DNA of 64,000 bases, from contig CAJINV010000013.1 of the NCBI GenBank assembly GCA_905178155.1, positions 610,344 through 674,343 on the forward strand, in the 5' to 3' direction. Origin of the DNA: Amoebophrya sp. A120. Taxonomy: Eukaryota; Protista; Dinoflagellata. Made by a program: the position numbers and the translations under genes. The notes below the pieces were generated by a model that did no database searches, was not told the DNA's origin, and worked only from the letters and a program-made list of their open reading frames with translations. Position 1 is the first letter of the stretch. The number at the start of each line of letters is the position of its first letter. This document shows positions 59,870-64,000 of the stretch, in pieces.

Positions 59870-60748
59870 AAAATCCCCCCGCGTCCCCGTAAGAAAGTAC
59901 TCGAGTTGAGACATTTGATGGCGCACCATGATGCAATAATCTTAATCTCTAGAATGTGGCGGTGATCGATTTCACGAATGCGGTTATACTAGCTCTGGCT
60001 AGCCGTAGCCACGACGGCGACGCTGCGAGCACCCCCTATGATGCACAAGAGCCAAAGCTTCTCCATTTGTCGTGTTGCTAAGTTCACGTCTTCTTGACTA
60101 TGGGGTGGGCGGGAGGACATTTTCACACAGGATATCGGAGGCGCAGTCGCAATAGGTCGAGGCAGTAGGGCGCTGGGGGAGGGGGCTGTATGGTTATGGG
60201 TACTTACTGCTCCGCATTCGTGGAGGGACTTTATCATGTGCTGTGTGCGAAATTGAATTGATGAAATTTTTATAAATGCGCGAAAATGTGGTGCGTGATC
60301 ATACGCAAGCATTGTGTTGTCTTAAGAAGAGTATGAGTATCTATAGGGGTTTTTGTGTTCCACGACCGTGCCGCGTCCAGGAGGAACGACTTCCGATTGT
60401 ACTTACTTGCAATCTCTTCTATCGGAAGTGTCCAAGCAGAAGTAAAAAAACATTCGAGTGCTGCTATGATACCTGAGGACGAGTGTGTGTGTACTATATG
60501 GCGCCGCGTGTCATGCCAGCAACCTTTGAGCGAGCCATTGCATTGTCGGAGTTGTTGAAAGCAAGCATTGTTGCCTCTTGATGTGGAAGGGCCTCAAAGA
60601 TCTTCTTGCCAGGAAGAGTCAAAGAACTCACACTCGGGGATCCGTACATGGCCAGCAAGTCGCTTGAAGCGACGTGGATCACGACACGCGAAGTGCATGA
60701 TCGTGGTCAGACGTAGCAATGGTTCATGTGCTTCATTGAAGGCAAAAG

Positions 60749-63700
60749 ATGAAGACTTCCCCTCGGCGCGGCTTGACAACGCACAGAATCCTCCGCCCAC
60801 GACAGCTGCTTCTCTTCACAGGCTTGGGAAGATTCTCGGGTCATCTCGTGGTGATGATCGCACCTATGATCGTGCGCATGAGCGTCGCGTTGCACCAGCG
60901 AGATAACAAAGTGGATCAAGACCACTCTGATACGAGCCCGGAGATCAGGACAGTCGATGCCGCACTGATGTTAAACGAAGTCGGAATTGTCGTGGCAGAC
61001 AACGTGGAGCACGAGCAGGGCGGGCGCGGCACCGAGGAACCAAGTGATCCGGCACTACTTCTTCTTCGTGAAAAGAGGACCACGACCAAGCCGTTCACGC
61101 GCGAAACTTCTCGTGACGCCCGCGCAGCTTCCAGTTCATCTCTGGTGGCGATTGACGCCGACAGCAGCACTACGGTTACGGACGCACCTTCAAAACCAAC
61201 AGTTGTTGCCGATGGTGAACATCTTGATCCTCCAGAAATGAGAGTATCGAAGTCCTCACGATTTCTGCGTAGCGAACGACGACACGGTGTGCAGCAGGAG
61301 GAGTCCGAGTTCTTGGACACACCAATTCGGAATCAGGTTGACGAGGACGGACGCGCGCTAGTGCCCGCAGATGATGTTGACCTTAACCACCTGACAGAGG
61401 AACAAACTTCTGGTCGCACTCGTTCAGCTTCATCAGGGTCAGACTCAGACTCAGATCCACCTCGACCCGCAGCTGCAGAAGGACCAGACCAGGAGCAGGC
61501 TCCTCGGGGGGTAGTACTAGAGGCCGATCAAGATACAAAAAACCGACGAAAAATAGATGAACAAGAACATTACAACAGCCAACGTCAGGATCTCGTCGTG
61601 CCACCTGCTCGGTCACGAAGGTCCTCCCTGTCCTCACTTGTTGTAACAAAGTCAAAGAGTGGAACCGCAAGTAGAACCACAGGAACGAACGTGTGCGTTC
61701 CGAAAACGGACTATCCCGACAGCTTTAACGGGTGTATTGTGAACTACCAAGACGCGGGCACCTGCGCTGCTGCGAATTACAACAATATGCCTGCCGGTAC
61801 CTGCCATTACATCGATGAGGATGACCGATGGAGGTTGCTCTGGTACCGGTGCTACTCCTATGCCCTCCTTGCCAACCCAGACCCAACAAAAAAGTTTAAA
61901 AACAGTGAGTACAATCTGTGTCGCACAAGTTGCATCGATTTCTTTACCGCCTGCTTCAAGAACACCACTAGCGGCGCCAGTCCCCCACCCGACCTGGATA
62001 CGGTGAACTTCTTTAGTACAGATGAAACGGAGCCGTCCCCTATCCTGTGTAAAAACTTCCGCGCCTCATGGTCATTTTGCTAGACACGTCAAGAACATCA
62101 TGTTTCGGCTGCAGCGCAAAACAAGTTTGTGGTCGCAGGGCGGTTGTCACTGTGATGTTCAGATGTTCCTGGTGCTGGTGTAGACGCATTACGAGTCGAT
62201 CACTTTGGTCCGATGCTAGCGCGACGAGCTTCCAGATAGCGTTTAGAAACTGCGCCACACAACGAGGCTGCGCATGAGAAGTGCTTTAGCTTTACGCCAG
62301 CACGCGATGTTTTTTTGCGGTGTTGACCCTAGGTAGACCGCCTGTGTCTGCAAATTGCTTCCGGCGGCGGTGCAAGGTTCTGGATGAAGAGTTGCACTCG
62401 GGTACTTAATATCATGTCTGTCAAATCTAGGGTGGGGTTTGGGACCACGTGGGGAAGACGTTTTTACACAGGATATCCCCCATGCTGAACAGCACGAGCA
62501 ATACTAAGGCAGTCTGCCAGAAAACCGCCGGGTCGGACTGCGAGACCAAGTTGGCTACTTGGGTGACCAACTGCGGCCCGACCAGCACGTACGCGAGCTA
62601 CTTCGCACCCACTACGGTGCAAAAGCCCGGCGAGTACGAAACCCTTTGCCAAGGCACGACGACCACTACCACGACCACCACTAAGGTTCCTGGGATGATG
62701 AAGTGTCTGCCCTACAAGTACCCTTCCTCCGCGTTCGGCACCTGCGGAGTGAACGGCCCGCCCCTGACAATGAGCGCGACCGCGGCCAGCTGCGCGGCCA
62801 TAGTCACGAGTAGCTCGAGCTCGACTTCTGCGGGAAGTTGCTTTTTCCTGAACGAAGACGACAGGTGGAAGTTGCTTTGGTATCGGTGCTATGCATCGCA
62901 AAAGCCGACTTCGTACTAGTATGAAAATACGGGCTCGGGCGTTTTTGCAAGTTGTTATGCCGAGATGAACTCAAAAAATGTATGTAACTCATCATCTTGC
63001 TAACAGATAAAGTAGAACAAGAAACAGGCAGCTGTCATGCGTGAAGATTGATAAAAAACAATTTGGCTAGTTCTTCGATGACTTCTACGGTCATAGGAAA
63101 GTACTTTTGCAATGCATAGCAGCTACACGTTCTCCCTGAGAAACAACCACGGGACCCAGATGTTTTGTGCAGGAGAAATAGAGGGCTGCACGCGGCATTG
63201 CCAAAACTTTTTCACAGACTGCTACAAAGACGAAGCCGGTGCGGAGTTTGATCCAGTGAACTTTTTCAGTACGGACGAAACAAAGTTGCTGCCCATGCTG
63301 AACTATGAATTGGATAAAAGGCATCTTGGTGTTGGGGTACTTGATCTGGAAAAAAGTTCTATAGCAGAGCTTGATGATGTGGTGGCGCAGCTCACCTCTT
63401 GCTCTTGGTCATTTATATATGATTTGCATTCTGCAAGTGCAGCCAGTTGTTGATCTATACTGTGATTCCATTCTTTATTGAGAATAGCGGTTTCATCATA
63501 ATATAATAATGCGACAACTGACGACAGATGGTGATGGCTACGGTGCGAATTTAGTAGTGAAGCCCAAAGATTAAAATTCGAGATCACGACCAGCTGCAAA
63601 AACAGCTGGCGCTACCATTCACATTAGGGTCGTCCCGCAACATTGTAGAAGATGCCCTACTTCTTGCACTTCATACCAGTAGCACAACCAATGCCACCTG

Positions 63701-64000
63701 CGCGAATACTCCTTCGTCGATGTGTGAGAGCAGGCGGTCAACATGGTTCAACGCCTGCAGCAGCAGCTCCACTGGGACACTGGCTTCCATGCTGGCAGCG
63801 AGTGCGAAAGCAAGTGTGGATCTGTACACAACCTCACTATGCCCGGAAGTGACCACCACATCCACCACGACGACTACAACTACGAGCACCACCACCACGA
63901 CATCGACGACAACCTCCACGACGTCGATTACAACCACAACTTCGACGACCACGACGACCACGACATCCACGACGACCACAACATCTTCAACGACGACCAC
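60749..64000 (+). CDS. Secreted Cys-rich repeat protein with poly-Thr linkers, 3'-truncated; exons approx. 60749-62040, 62481-62912, 63120-63303, 63681->64000
   Basis: Two copies of a Cys module (AGxCxxxxEDDRWxLLWYRCY..FFTxCxK..VNFFSTDET..PMLNS). GT-AG intron 62913-63119 plus introners G and H. Confidence 0.75.
62041..62475. mobile_element. Introner G (435 nt, B family)
   Basis: Perfect 16-bp TIR tatcctgtgtaaaaac. TSD tcccc at 62036-40 and 62476-80. Spliced STDETEPSPMLN matches the paralogous STDETKLLPMLN. Confidence 0.95.
63304..63675. mobile_element. Introner H (aged, 372 nt)
   Basis: tatgaattggataaaaggcatctt / aagatgccctacttcttgcacttcata. Removing 377 nt gives PMLNSTTNATC, matching the paralogous PMLNSTSNTKAVC. 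Confidence 0.85.
63851..64000 (+). repeat. Poly-Thr/Ser mucin-like codon repeat (ACN)
   Basis: acc/acg/aca/tcc run extending to the window end. Confidence 0.9.

Overview
Eukaryotic, gene-dense, intron-containing DNA. All ~13 recognisable genes lie on the + strand. Gene style (co-oriented genes, long low-complexity proteins, ~140-210 nt introns, many non-canonical introns) suggests an alveolate, most plausibly a syndinian dinoflagellate such as Amoebophrya (inference). By manual splicing I recover: a coiled-coil protein (5'-truncated), a 2557-aa single-exon protein, an LRR protein (LRRC71-like), a Gly-rich/coiled-coil protein, an FHA+RING-CH E3 ligase, a disrupted PAN/apple-repeat secreted protein gene, an EFHC1/2 (3x DM10) gene, DNAAF1/ODA7, a SNM1/PSO2-family nuclease, and two secreted/membrane Cys-rich genes that share a leader. 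The main discovery is a system of 200-435 nt MITE-like introners inside coding sequence. All begin TAT, end ATA and have terminal inverted repeats, and most carry the internal motif GCAT(G/C)ACA. Five have perfect 5-bp target-site duplications. Removing element+5 nt restores the reading frame in every case without GT-AG ends. Aged copies and the strong GTAT bias of the ordinary introns suggest one splice register (N|TAT...ATA-NNNN) and a continuum from transposon to canonical intron. All exon structures are inferred from frame and homology logic, not from transcripts.
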